Shown piece after piece: positions 28,343 to 37,843 of a stretch of 49,613 nucleotides of DNA. The notes under the pieces are model-generated. The model saw only the letters and a list, made by a program, of their open reading frames with translations, had not been told where the DNA came from and did not search any database. Source of the stretch: a virus (lineage: Duplodnaviria > Caudoviricetes); the IMG/VR virus record IMGVR_UViG_3300024989_000226, positions 1 through 49,613 of that record; one strand, given 5' to 3'. The translations under genes were made by a program, and so were the position numbers. Each line of letters begins with the position of its first letter. Position 1 is the stretch's first letter.

Positions 28343-29815
28343 TCAGTCCGAGATGACCCACAAGTGCATCACCAGACCACTGACATCGCCTGCGGACTTA
28401 TCGAAGGCGCCCCGCACCCCCCATACTCCGGTCGGCCCGCCGTTCCAAAGCGCGTCAGAGTGTTGAGGCTTCAGGTCGAAAACTGATGCCGGACACACGC
28501 GTCCCACGGTCAGCCACTCGGAGCCGCCGGCAATGATCGCTCCTTGAGGCGGCGTGACTCTCACTGTCATTGGCCTCCGGTTGTCGCCGGTGAATTCGAA
28601 CCCTATGCCTCGTAATTTAGCCTTCGGCGCTGGCAGGTCCGCGTCGCTTACAGTAAATGATCCATTAAAGACGTCGAAGCCTGTTACTTTAGAGTCCCCT
28701 GGGATTAATTTTTCGCTCCAAATCGATGATATAGTGGTGCGCTGAGTTCGTTTGAATTTCGACAGCGCATTTCCAGCGTGAACGAGCCAAATTGCTATCT
28801 CATCAATCATTCCGCCGACATCGGGTGCACTGAAGGGGACCGCTAATCCGTAAATCTCACTCAGACCGCGATCTAACGCGCGCACGCGCTCAACGAGACA
28901 TCGGACGTTCTGATCAAACAACGCCTTCAGCCTTTGCAATTTCTCGCTGTAGTTTAGTTCCGATCCGATCCGGCAATGCTCATAAATCTGTAGCCACGCC
29001 AACTGCCTGCTAATCGCGGCTCTCTGCGTCCTAAAATCGACGTCCTTTCGAAAATAGTCCTCCTTTCTTTTTGCTATGCGCAGCTTCGCCTGAACCTGCG
29101 CGACGTTTGAGTTTGCCCCAGCCAGAACGTGCCGCCAGCTGGCCTGCTCTATATTGTTACGGTGCGCATTTGTAGCGATCGCCGTCCTTTCCATATCGTC
29201 GTAGTCGCGGGTGACAACATTCCTAGTGATCGCTCCATTTTGTTTTGCATTTAGATCCAAGGCGCCATCCGACAGAACGGCCGAGTACCTATGATCTTTC
29301 GCATCTGCTCGGAGCATTTCGTCACAAAGGGCCTCCTGCTCGGTCGCCCGAGCGAGGGCCGTCTCCAGCGCGATTTTCTCGTCGGCAGCTTCCAACCATG
29401 CTAGCTTATATAAGCCCGCTTCCACCTCGTCCAAATGCACCGCGTCGAGCCTTACAAATTCTTCGCCCTTAAACCGAGTATCGTTCCGCAGCCTCGCCAC
29501 CTCGCCGTATTGCTGTCGAATTTTTAGGCAGGCCTGAAGATACTGAGAGGTTTCATCGAAATTCAATTCGACACGCTGTACACCTATCAGTTCATCTTGC
29601 GGGACATCGGAAAAGACAATTGTCTCGAGATCCGGGACGATCGCTTGCGCGCCATCGTAAGTGTAGCAAGCACCCTTCACAGATTGCGGATCTGGCGCAT
29701 TCGATGCAATAAGCGCAGTAAACTGCTTCGCATCGCTGCGAATTCCGTTCAAATCGAGCCCGTACTGCTGTGCAAACGCGGCTTCGATGGTGGCCAAATC
29801 TGCCTGCGTAGGCAT
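28343..29815 (-). CDS. Hypothetical 490-aa coiled-coil protein with a beta-rich C-terminus
   Basis: Long ORF in the lower-GC island; GGAGG RBS. Confidence 0.8.
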   Translation of the reverse strand: MPTQADLATIEAAFAQQYGLDLNGIRSDAKQFTALIASNAPDPQSVKGACYTYDGAQAIVPDLETIVFSDVPQDELIGVQRVELNFDETSQYLQACLKIRQQYGEVARLRNDTRFKGEEFVRLDAVHLDEVEAGLYKLAWLEAADEKIALETALARATEQEALCDEMLRADAKDHRYSAVLSDGALDLNAKQNGAITRNVVTRDYDDMERTAIATNAHRNNIEQASWRHVLAGANSNVAQVQAKLRIAKRKEDYFRKDVDFRTQRAAISRQLAWLQIYEHCRIGSELNYSEKLQRLKALFDQNVRCLVERVRALDRGLSEIYGLAVPFSAPDVGGMIDEIAIWLVHAGNALSKFKRTQRTTISSIWSEKLIPGDSKVTGFDVFNGSFTVSDADLPAPKAKLRGIGFEFTGDNRRPMTVRVTPPQGAIIAGGSEWLTVGRVCPASVFDLKPQHSDALWNGGPTGVWGVRGAFDKSAGDVSGLVMHLWVISD

Positions 29816-29904
29816 GGAAGCCTCCCGAAGGTGACGGGCTAAACGCCAACACTGATACTGGCTGGCGTATCGCTAAAGCGGTAAGTTTTATAACCTAAAG
29901 TGAC

Positions 29905-30195
29905 TTATTGGCAGGCAACCTCGAATATGGCGTAACCGCAATGGCCGCCGCCTACGGTGCCTGGAAGCTGAGTAACCTTTGCTGGCTTAGAAGAGCCGTG
30001 CGCGCTACACCACATGTTTGCTCTGTTTTGTATTTCCGTGCAGTTTACAAAAGCATCGAAATTGCCGGGGCAAAGTGCCTTAGCACGCTCCTGCAACTCG
30101 CCCTCGCAAAATCTATACGTTCCCGCCGCCGATGCGGGGAGGTTAGCCAGGACGACCCCAGCAAACACGCTTGCGGTCACGATATGCCTAATCAT
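29905..30195 (-). CDS. Small secreted cysteine-rich protein
   Basis: Signal peptide MIRHIVTASVFAGVVLANLPASA; six Cys; GGGHCGYAIFEVACQ. Confidence 0.7.
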   Translation of the reverse strand: MIRHIVTASVFAGVVLANLPASAAGTYRFCEGELQERAKALCPGNFDAFVNCTEIQNRANMWCSAHGSSKPAKVTQLPGTVGGGHCGYAIFEVACQ

Positions 30196-30420
30196 TTCGT
30201 TCCACCTTCGAGCGAAATTTTGTTTATGGAAGACGTATACGATCGCCTTTATGCCGCGTTTGACAGTGGGTACGTTGACAGATTTTGGTAACTTCCGCAA
30301 TGAAAAAGGGTGGCCACGAACAGCATGCTTCCACCTTGGACGGCAGCTTCGCGTTCCCGCTCATCTTATCCTTGCCATTCCGCTTACGGCCAGATTCGGT
30401 CATTAGAGCGGAGTCCGTAA

Positions 30421-30448
30421 AGGTCAACGTTGGTTCGGAACCCGACCT
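30421..30448. repeat. 28-bp 11-6-11 site at the right border of island 1
   Basis: AGGTCAACGTT-ggttcg-GAACCCGACCT. Confidence 0.5.
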
Positions 30449-30516
30449 ATATTCCTGACGCGAAACAGCGCGCCGCACAAAAGCAAGTCGTCAACCCTAA
30501 CCGCAGAGCTAAACTC

Positions 30517-32673
30517 ATGACCGATTCCATCGATCCGGGCGGGAGCAATCCCGCACCGGCGATACCGCATGACGGCGGTGGTTCCACCGCTGGGACAACC
30601 ATGACCGCGGCGCGCGCTCTCGCGGCCCCGGCCACCGTCGATCGTGCCGCTCGTACCGTCGAGGTGGTTTGGTCGACCGGAGCGCGGGCTCGCAACTTCG
30701 TGCCGCCGCTCGGCATGATCACCGAGGAATTGGACATGTCGCCGTCAGCCGTCCGCATGGACGGGCTGCGCAGCGGCAGCGCCCCGGTGCTCAACACCCA
30801 CCGCAAGGCCGATGCGCGCGACGTGGTCGGCCGGGTCGTCGCCGCCCAGCTCGAGGCGGGCCGCGGCCACGCCACGCTGCAGTTCTCTGCTGCCGCAGAT
30901 GTCGAGCCGCTGTGGCAGCGCGTCGCCGACGGCACGCTGCGCAGCGTCAGCGTCGGCTACCGCGTGCATCGCTACGACCAGGTCACCGATCCCGCCGACG
31001 GCATCGTCCACCGCGCCGTCGATTGGGAGCCCTACGAGATCTCCGTCGTGCCGATCCCGGTCGATCCGGCCGCGGCGATGCGCGGCGCGGACGATCCAAC
31101 CGCGCCCGCCACGGCGGTTGAGCCGACCCTGCCGATCCTCGACACACCAACCAATCCCACTACCACCCAGGAGACTCCCATGCCCGAGACGACGCCGGTT
31201 GCCCCGGTTGCTGATCCGGCGCCGTCCGCGCCGGCTGCCACCCCCACCCGCAGCAATCCCGCACAAGCCGCCCAGGAGGGCGCTCCGACCATGCCGAACA
31301 ACCCGCCACCTGCCGCTGACGCCGATCGTGGCACGGTCGCCGTTCCGCCCGGCGAAGCCGCCGCCGAGGTGATCCGCGCCGAACGCGCCCGCATCGCCGC
31401 CCTCGGTCCGGTCGCCCAGGCCGGCCGCGCCCTGGTGGCGCCGGCCACCGTCGACGCCCTGCACCAACGTGCCGTCGCCGAGGGCTGGGCGCCCGAGGCC
31501 CTGCGTGGCGCCCTGTGGGACGCCATGGTGCAAGGCGCCACCCCGCCGGCACTGCCCGCCTCGCCGAACAGCGGCCCCGCCGCCGAAGACCCGGCCGTCA
31601 TCCGCGACGCCATGGCCGAAGCCATCGCCGTGCGTGCCATGCCCGGCTACCAGGCACCCGGTGGTGCCACTGGCGGCCGCCATGCCGAGTTCCTGGACTG
31701 GCGTCCCTCCGAGATGGTCGCCGAACTGATGCGCGCCCGCGGCGAGCGCAATATCCCCCGCGGTGCCGCCGCCCTGGCGGATCGTGCCTTCCACACCACC
31801 AGCGACTTCCCGCTGCTGCTCTCGGCCGCCGCCAACAAGATGCTGCTCGCCGCCTACCAGCCGGCCAACCCGACCTACCGGCAGTTCTTCCTCCGCCGCG
31901 ACTTCCGCGACTTCAAGCCGCATCGCCATCTGCGGGTCGGCGACTTCCCCACCCTCGTCCAGCTCTCCGAGAACGGCGAGATCCAGGCCGGCACCATGTC
32001 CGAGAGCCAGGAACTGGTGAACCTGCTCACCTTCGCCCGACGCATCCGCGTCACCCGCCAGATGCTGGTCAACGACGATCTCGGCGCCTTCACCGACTTC
32101 GCGGCCATGATCGGCCGCCGCGTTGCCGATTTCGAGAACGCTACCGCCTACGCCCTGATGAACAGCGCCAACGGCTCCGGCCCGACCCTGGTCACCGGCA
32201 ATGCCGCGGTGTTCGCCACCGGCGCCGCCCGCGCCAACCAGGCCTCGGCCGGCACCGCGCTCGACCTCACCAACCTGGCCCTCGGCCGCGCCGCGGTGAT
32301 GAAGCAGAAGACGCTGGACGGGCTGCCGATCTCGGTGGGCAACGGCATGCGGCTGCTGGTCGGGCCGAACCTGGAGCTGGCAGCGCGCCAGCTCACCGTG
32401 AGTGTCGCCGCCACCCAGACCGCCAATGCCAACGTCTATGCCGGTTTCATCCAGCCGGTGGTCGAGCCGCAGATCCAGGGCAACCGCTGGTATCTGTTTG
32501 CCGACCCGATGGCGGCACCGGTCTATGTCTACGGCTACCTCAACGGCGCCGAGGGGCCGCAGGTCACCACCGGGCCGGTCTCCGGCGTCGATGGCGTCGA
32601 GGTCTCGGTGATCTTCGACTTCGGGGTCGGCGCCATCGACTGGCGCGGCGCCTGGTTCAACCCTGGCACCTGA
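30517..32673 (+). CDS. Prohead protease-major capsid fusion protein
   Basis: PVLNTH, SVSVGYRV, WEPYEISVVPIPVDP (protease); HTTSDFPLLL..DFGVGAIDWRG (capsid). Confidence 0.92.
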   Translation: MTDSIDPGGSNPAPAIPHDGGGSTAGTTMTAARALAAPATVDRAARTVEVVWSTGARARNFVPPLGMITEELDMSPSAVRMDGLRSGSAPVLNTHRKADARDVVGRVVAAQLEAGRGHATLQFSAAADVEPLWQRVADGTLRSVSVGYRVHRYDQVTDPADGIVHRAVDWEPYEISVVPIPVDPAAAMRGADDPTAPATAVEPTLPILDTPTNPTTTQETPMPETTPVAPVADPAPSAPAATPTRSNPAQAAQEGAPTMPNNPPPAADADRGTVAVPPGEAAAEVIRAERARIAALGPVAQAGRALVAPATVDALHQRAVAEGWAPEALRGALWDAMVQGATPPALPASPNSGPAAEDPAVIRDAMAEAIAVRAMPGYQAPGGATGGRHAEFLDWRPSEMVAELMRARGERNIPRGAAALADRAFHTTSDFPLLLSAAANKMLLAAYQPANPTYRQFFLRRDFRDFKPHRHLRVGDFPTLVQLSENGEIQAGTMSESQELVNLLTFARRIRVTRQMLVNDDLGAFTDFAAMIGRRVADFENATAYALMNSANGSGPTLVTGNAAVFATGAARANQASAGTALDLTNLALGRAAVMKQKTLDGLPISVGNGMRLLVGPNLELAARQLTVSVAATQTANANVYAGFIQPVVEPQIQGNRWYLFADPMAAPVYVYGYLNGAEGPQVTTGPVSGVDGVEVSVIFDFGVGAIDWRGAWFNPGT

Positions 32674-32679
32674 TCCCGG

Positions 32680-33012
32680 TCAGCCAAAGCCCAGGAACAC
32701 CGCCAGGCTGCGGTTCAGCGCGACCAGTTCTTCGTCGCTGAGCCGCCCCAGCGTCTGCCCCACGCGCTCGCGTCGCACCGCGGTGATCTTCTCCACCGCA
32801 ATATGGCTCGGGTTGGTGAGGCCACTGGCCGGGCCTGGCGCGACCGCGATCCGCAGCAGCGGTGCGCCGGTCGGTTGCGTGGTCAGCAGGCAAACCACGA
32901 CCGAGCCGGTGTCGTCGAACAACTCGGACTGCACGACCACGGCCGGCCTTGGCTTGCCGCCATAATCGCCGGCCGCCCGGTCGGCGATGACGACGACATC
33001 ACCGCGGCGCAT
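32680..33012 (-). CDS. PemK/MazF-family toxin
   Basis: MRRGDVVV..GDYGGKPRPAVVVQS..LAVFLG. Confidence 0.9.
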   Translation of the reverse strand: MRRGDVVVIADRAAGDYGGKPRPAVVVQSELFDDTGSVVVCLLTTQPTGAPLLRIAVAPGPASGLTNPSHIAVEKITAVRRERVGQTLGRLSDEELVALNRSLAVFLGFG

Positions 33013-33238
33013 CAGCGGCCGTGTCGTCATCCTCATCGAACACCGAGACCGCTTCGATGAAGTCCATCACCTCGTCAAAGTCGGCTTCGGCGGCGACCAG
33101 GCGTGACTGCCGGCGCGCCTCCTCAGCAAAACCCGGCGCCCGCGTGTCCGGCACCCAGATCTGGATCGGCCGCAGACCCTTCGCACGCAACTGCGCGCGG
33201 TGGGTGGCGACGCGTTTGCTGGTGGTCGAGCGGGCCAT
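32999..33238 (-). CDS. DUF3018/MazE-like antitoxin
   Basis: RVATHRAQLRAKGLRPIQIWVPDTRAPGFAEEARRQS; GGAGG RBS; overlaps the toxin. Confidence 0.88.
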   Translation of the reverse strand: MARSTTSKRVATHRAQLRAKGLRPIQIWVPDTRAPGFAEEARRQSRLVAAEADFDEVMDFIEAVSVFDEDDDTAADAPR

Positions 33239-33256
33239 CTGATCCTCCATCCGGGT

Positions 33257-33268
33257 GTTACATGTAAC
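33257..33268. promoter_or_regulatory. Perfect palindrome, probable toxin-antitoxin autoregulatory operator
   Basis: GTTACATGTAAC lies 19-30 bp upstream of the antitoxin ATG. Confidence 0.65.
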
Positions 33269-33345
33269 GCTTCGGCGGCGGCACTTCAAGCCTCGCCCCC
33301 CGTCCCGCCAGCAGGCGAGACCCATTCCTCACCAGGAGCCTTCCC

Positions 33346-33693
33346 ATGAAGAACTTCATCCAGCCGGGCGACAGCCTGGCCATGGTCGTGCCGTATGCCG
33401 CCGGCGTCACCGCCGGCCAGGGCATGCTGGTCGGCGCGCTGTTCGGCGTGGCCGCGGTCGATGGCGCCCAGAACGCGGTGATCGAGGGCGCCACCGAAGG
33501 CGTGTTTGACCTCACCAAGCAGCCATCCCTGGCGATCACCGCCGGTGCGAGGGTGTTCTGGGACGACACCAACCGCCGCATCACCACCACCGCCACCGGC
33601 AACTATCAGGTCGGCATCGCGGTGCTGGCCTCTGCCACCTCCGACACCACGGTGCGGGTGTGGCTGGAGCGCGTGCCGGCGTCCGGCGCATGA
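33346..33693 (+). CDS. DUF2190-family (capsid cement-like) protein
   Basis: MKNFIQPGDSL..GALFGVA..EGVFDL; AGGAG RBS. Confidence 0.85.
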   Translation: MKNFIQPGDSLAMVVPYAAGVTAGQGMLVGALFGVAAVDGAQNAVIEGATEGVFDLTKQPSLAITAGARVFWDDTNRRITTTATGNYQVGIAVLASATSDTTVRVWLERVPASGA

Positions 33694-34295
33694 GCAGCGG
33701 CGTGGGCGTGGGTGCGGTGGACACCGACGTCGTGTTCCGCCGCGTGATCGACAGCGTCATCGGCCGGGAGGGGCGATATTCCGCCGACCCGGCCGACCGC
33801 GGCGGCGCCACTGCCTGGGGTATCACCGAAGCGGTGGCGCGCGCCGAGGGCTGGACCGGCGCGATGGCCGAGCTGCCACGCGAGGTGGCGGTCAGCATCT
33901 ATCGCCGCCGCTACTGGCAGGCACCGGGACTGGACCGCATCGCCATGCTCGACACGGTGCTCGCCGAGCGGCTGCTCGACATCGGCGTCAACATGGGTGC
34001 CGCCACCGGCATTCGCTTCCTGCAGCGAGCGTTGAACGTGCTGAACCGGCAGGGCGCGGCATTCGCCGATATCGCGGTGGACGGCGCGTTCGGTCCGGCG
34101 ACCGAGACGGCGCTCGCGGGCCTGCTGCGGGCCCGGGGTACCGAGGGTGCTCGCGTGCTGCGCGGCATGATCGCGGCGCAACAGGCGGTCCGCTACATCG
34201 AGATCGCCGAGCATGACCCGACCCAGGAAGAATTCGAGTTCGGCTGGCAGCTGAACCGGGCGCTCGGCGGTCTCACCCCTGGTTCTCCAGCCTGA
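33690..34295 (+). CDS. Endolysin, glycoside hydrolase family 108 with peptidoglycan-binding domain
   Basis: REGRYSADPADRGGATAWGIT, DIGVNMG, QEEFEFGWQLNR. Confidence 0.9.
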   Translation: MSSGVGVGAVDTDVVFRRVIDSVIGREGRYSADPADRGGATAWGITEAVARAEGWTGAMAELPREVAVSIYRRRYWQAPGLDRIAMLDTVLAERLLDIGVNMGAATGIRFLQRALNVLNRQGAAFADIAVDGAFGPATETALAGLLRARGTEGARVLRGMIAAQQAVRYIEIAEHDPTQEEFEFGWQLNRALGGLTPGSPA

Positions 34296-34377
34296 TCCGC
34301 CGCCCGACGCCAGCCAGGCATCCGCCCGGCCACCCACCCTTCCGCCCCGACAACCTGATCCGACCGGAGGAACACCG

Positions 34378-34884
34378 ATGTTCCCCTTCCTGATCCCGCT
34401 GCTCACCAACGTGGCGCCGGGCCTGATCTCCTATCTGTTCGGCACCGCGGCCGGCGAGACCACCAAGCAGGTGGTCGACGTGGTCCGCCAGGTCACCGGC
34501 ATCGATGTCCGCTCCCAGGACGACGCCCAGAAGGCACTGGCCGCGGTGCAGGCTGATCCAGCCGTCTACGCCCAGTTGCAGACTCGTCTGGCAGAGATCC
34601 AGGCCGAGCGGGACCGGGCGGCAGCCGACATCATCCGGGCCGAGGCGCAGTCGGGCAACTGGCTGGCTGCGTCCTGGCGTCCCATCGTCATGCTGACCTT
34701 CACCGTGCTGATCGTCGCCCGCTGGCTCGGCTTCTCTGCCCCCGGCATCTCGGAGGCCGAGGTGCTCAAGCTGTGGGACATCGTGCAACTGGGGCTCGGT
34801 GGCTACGTCATCGGCCGCAGCGCCGAGAAAATCGTGCCGCAGATCGCCCAGGCGGTTGCCGGTAGCCTGGGCGGCCGGCGATGA
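34378..34884 (+). CDS. Holin, 3TM GTA-holin-like
   Basis: AEAQSGNWLAASWRPIVML..LGLGGYVIGRSAEK; adjacent to the endolysin. Confidence 0.82.
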   Translation: MFPFLIPLLTNVAPGLISYLFGTAAGETTKQVVDVVRQVTGIDVRSQDDAQKALAAVQADPAVYAQLQTRLAEIQAERDRAAADIIRAEAQSGNWLAASWRPIVMLTFTVLIVARWLGFSAPGISEAEVLKLWDIVQLGLGGYVIGRSAEKIVPQIAQAVAGSLGGRR

Positions 34885-35219
34885 GCGCCTTCGCGGGCGC
34901 CATGGCGGTGCTGCTGGCCGATCCGAATATCGATGGCGATGCCCAGTATCGCCGGGCGACCGGCGACTGGGCCGCTCTGCGGGTGGTGCGGTCGGCGCCG
35001 TATGACCAGTTGCCGGGTCTCGGCGGCGGCGCGAGCAGCCGGGCCGGCAGCCTTTCGGTCACCATCGCTGCCGACGCCCTGGCCTCGCTCGGCATGCTGC
35101 CGCCGCAGCGCGGCGACGAGGTGCTGCTCTCTAGCAGCGCCTACCGCGTCGAGGATGCCGAGGCCGACGTGCTCGGCGTCACCTGGCGGCTGACCTTGGC
35201 AACGGCGCCAGCGCCATGA
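34881..35219 (+). CDS. Head-tail joining protein (gpFII-like)
   Basis: Size and position; PQRGDEV..YRV. Confidence 0.65.
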   Translation: MSAFAGAMAVLLADPNIDGDAQYRRATGDWAALRVVRSAPYDQLPGLGGGASSRAGSLSVTIAADALASLGMLPPQRGDEVLLSSSAYRVEDAEADVLGVTWRLTLATAPAP

Positions 35220-35668
35220 GCACGGCACTGCGTGAGGCGGCGCTGGCCGCCGTCGCCGCCCGGCTCGCAGCCGCGCTGCCCGACGCGGTGGTCGAGCGGG
35301 CCCGACGCGCGCCGGTCGATACCGACACCGAGGCGCTGCCGCGACTGATCCTGCGCGGGGAGGCCTGGCAGGCCGATACCACCCAGGAGCCGGGGCAGAC
35401 CCACTACAGCATTGGCTTCGCCATCACTGGCTTCGTCCGCGCCGGCAGCGATCTCGCCGCCGAGCAGGCGCTGTCCGACCTGCATGCCCGTATCGTCGCG
35501 GCGCTGGCCGGCTGGACCCCCGACACCCCAGGCCTCGGCGATGTGGTCGAGCAGGATGCCGACTTTCTGCTCTACGACGCCGAGGACAGCGCCAAGCCGA
35601 CCGGCGAGGTGGTGGCCCGGTTCTCCCTGCTGGCAATCGCCCCAACCGGATCACCCTGGGCACCGTAG
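35216..35668 (+). CDS. Tail terminator/completion-like protein
   Basis: REAALAAVAARL..LPRLIL; directly before the tail tube gene. Confidence 0.6.
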   Translation: MSTALREAALAAVAARLAAALPDAVVERARRAPVDTDTEALPRLILRGEAWQADTTQEPGQTHYSIGFAITGFVRAGSDLAAEQALSDLHARIVAALAGWTPDTPGLGDVVEQDADFLLYDAEDSAKPTGEVVARFSLLAIAPTGSPWAP

Positions 35669-35720
35669 CAGACCCATTCCCTCCGCCATTCCTGGCCGCC
35701 ATTCCTGAAGGAGCCGCACG

Positions 35721-36887
35721 ATGAGCATCAGCCTCGTCCGCATGCGCTTTGCCGCCGTCGCGGCCAAGATCGAGACCACCCCCGGCACCGACGCCATCGC
35801 CGGCACTCCCGCCGCCGCCGACTGGCTCGCCGCCGATTGCGAGATCGACTTCGATCCCGTCGTGGTCGAGAACCCGGAACTCACCGGCACCCTCGACAAG
35901 GCCTCCGGCATCGTCGGCGGCCTGCGCCCGCGCATCCGCCTGCGCGTCCCGCTGCGCGGCTCCGGCACCGCCGGCACCGCGCCCGATTGGGGCAAGCTGA
36001 TGCGCTGCTGCACCATGCTGGAGCAGGTCACCGCCGCCCCCATCGGCGTCCCGACCGCCGCCACCGCCGGCACCGCCACCAGCATCACCCTGCCCACCCC
36101 GTTCTCGCCGGCGGCGCAGGCCTATCGCGGCATGCCGCTGCTGCTCTCCGGCGACCGCAGCATCACCACCGGCATCATCGACTACACCACCGGCAAGGTC
36201 GCCAGCGTGGGGGATACGCTCAGCCCCACCGCCGGCGTCGTCACCCTGGCGCAGATCCCGGTCAACGTGCTCTACGCCCCCACCTCGGATGAGACCCTCT
36301 ACAAGACCGCCACGCTCTACTTCTACGCCGACGGGCTGAGCTGGCGCTTCGGCGGTGCCCAGGGCACCTGGAGCCTGGAACTCACCTCGGGTGGCATCGG
36401 CTTCCTGACCTTCGATCTGCGGGCGCAGATGCTGGCGATGACCGGGGCACCACTGCCGACCGGTTGGAACAGCGCGATCCGCCCGACGCCACCGCGCTTC
36501 GTCAACGGCCGCTGCCAGCTCAACCGCGCCGTGGCGCAGTGCCGCCGGCTGCAGCTCGACCTCGGCGTCGAGGTGATCCTGCCGGACAATCCGGAATCGC
36601 TCGAGGGCTACGACCCGGCGGTGCCGATCTCGCGCGACGGGCGCGGCAACATCGATCCCTACATGAACACCACCAACGCGGTGGCGCTCTACGATGCCTT
36701 CCGCGCCGGCACGCCGATGCCGCTGATGGCGGTGGTGGGCGTCTCCGCCGGCAACCGCTTCCTGATCACCGCCCCGGCCGCCCGGGCCACCGGCTTCAAG
36801 CCCGGCAACCGCGACGGCCTCGGCCAGCACGACATCGCCTTCCAGTGCGATGGCGCCGACAGCGTCATCTTCCTCGCAACGTTCTGA
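35721..36887 (+). CDS. Major tail tube protein
   Basis: AAKIETTPGTDA..LRGSGTAGTAPDWGKLMRCC; AAGGAG RBS; precedes the chaperone. Confidence 0.75.
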   Translation: MSISLVRMRFAAVAAKIETTPGTDAIAGTPAAADWLAADCEIDFDPVVVENPELTGTLDKASGIVGGLRPRIRLRVPLRGSGTAGTAPDWGKLMRCCTMLEQVTAAPIGVPTAATAGTATSITLPTPFSPAAQAYRGMPLLLSGDRSITTGIIDYTTGKVASVGDTLSPTAGVVTLAQIPVNVLYAPTSDETLYKTATLYFYADGLSWRFGGAQGTWSLELTSGGIGFLTFDLRAQMLAMTGAPLPTGWNSAIRPTPPRFVNGRCQLNRAVAQCRRLQLDLGVEVILPDNPESLEGYDPAVPISRDGRGNIDPYMNTTNAVALYDAFRAGTPMPLMAVVGVSAGNRFLITAPAARATGFKPGNRDGLGQHDIAFQCDGADSVIFLATF

Positions 36888-36904
36888 CGGAGGCACCCCC
36901 GAAC

Positions 36905-37495
36905 ATGACCCAGCCGATCTTCTCCCGCCGTCAGGTGGAGAGCTTCATCCCGCCCGGCACCGAGCGCGTCTACTCCATCGCGCCGCTCACCTTCCGCGAG
37001 CGCCAGGCATTCCGCGCCGACCTGGCGCGTGAGGCCGGGGTGTATCCTGGCCGTGCGCTGCTGCTCGATGCGCTGCGGGCCGCGGTGCAGGAGACCTCGC
37101 CGGACAACGCGGCGGAGATCCTGGTGGTGATTGAGGCCGCAGAGGCGACGCCGGATGACCCTGCGGCGCAGGCACGGCTGCAGACGATTGAGGCGGCCTG
37201 CGCCACGGTGCCGAGTTACGCCGCGTTGCTGGCGGCCCGGCAGCACTATCTCGGCATGATGCCCTGGGTCGCCGCCCGCCACGCCCTGCGCGGCTGGGAG
37301 GGACCGGGGCTGCCGCCGTTCCGGCGCGAGCGCAACCTGGTGCCGGCCGATCTTCTCGACCTGTTGCCGGACGCGGAACTCGAGGCGATCGGCTGGCAGG
37401 CCAGTGCACTGATGCAGCCGGACGCGGCCGCCCAGGGAAACTCCGAGGCGCCCTCGCCGTTGCCCGAGACCCCGGCGCCTATGACGGTGGGCTGA
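36905..37495 (+). CDS. Tail assembly chaperone (gpG-like)
   Basis: GGAGG RBS; follows the tube gene; slippery site near its 3' end. Confidence 0.75.
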   Translation: MTQPIFSRRQVESFIPPGTERVYSIAPLTFRERQAFRADLAREAGVYPGRALLLDALRAAVQETSPDNAAEILVVIEAAEATPDDPAAQARLQTIEAACATVPSYAALLAARQHYLGMMPWVAARHALRGWEGPGLPPFRRERNLVPADLLDLLPDAELEAIGWQASALMQPDAAAQGNSEAPSPLPETPAPMTVG

Positions 37496-37734
37496 AACCC
37501 GCCGACGGCAGCGAATGGCTGGTGGCCGGCGAGGCGTGGGCGGACAATCCGCGCCATGTCGTGCCGCAGCCCTGGCACGAGTTCGTGCGGATGTGGGGGG
37601 CGTGCCAGGGCGGCATGGGGGGCGTGGCGCATTGGCCGGATGGCGGGGGAGTCGGGGATCAGGCGGCCTGGGTGGTGGAGGCGTTCGCGCTTCTCGGGGG
37701 GCTGCTGGGGAAGGTGCGGTGCATCGCTGCATAG
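37435..37734 (+). CDS. gpGT-like C-terminal extension reached by -1 frameshift
   Basis: G-GGA-AAC at 37435-37441 is in the correct phase; the -1 frame is open to TAG at 37734. Confidence 0.75.
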   Translation, partial: GKLRGALAVARDPGAYDGGLKPADGSEWLVAGEAWADNPRHVVPQPWHEFVRMWGACQGGMGGVAHWPDGGGVGDQAAWVVEAFALLGGLLGKVRCIAA

Positions 37735-37843
37735 CTGCCGTTCGCACACGAGCGAACGCTCAGTCGCCTAACGCATGGCCGGTTCTCCGCGATGTGCAAG
37801 GCGCTGGGTGCACCGCGGTTCACCAGCCGCTATTATCGAACAC

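Noticed and set aside
30386-30415. Further partial 28-bp-like sites (also near 19800-19827, 38774-38801, 40613-40640, 40782-40809)
   Set aside because: Only one arm fits or the spacing is off, so they were not counted without a statistical scan.
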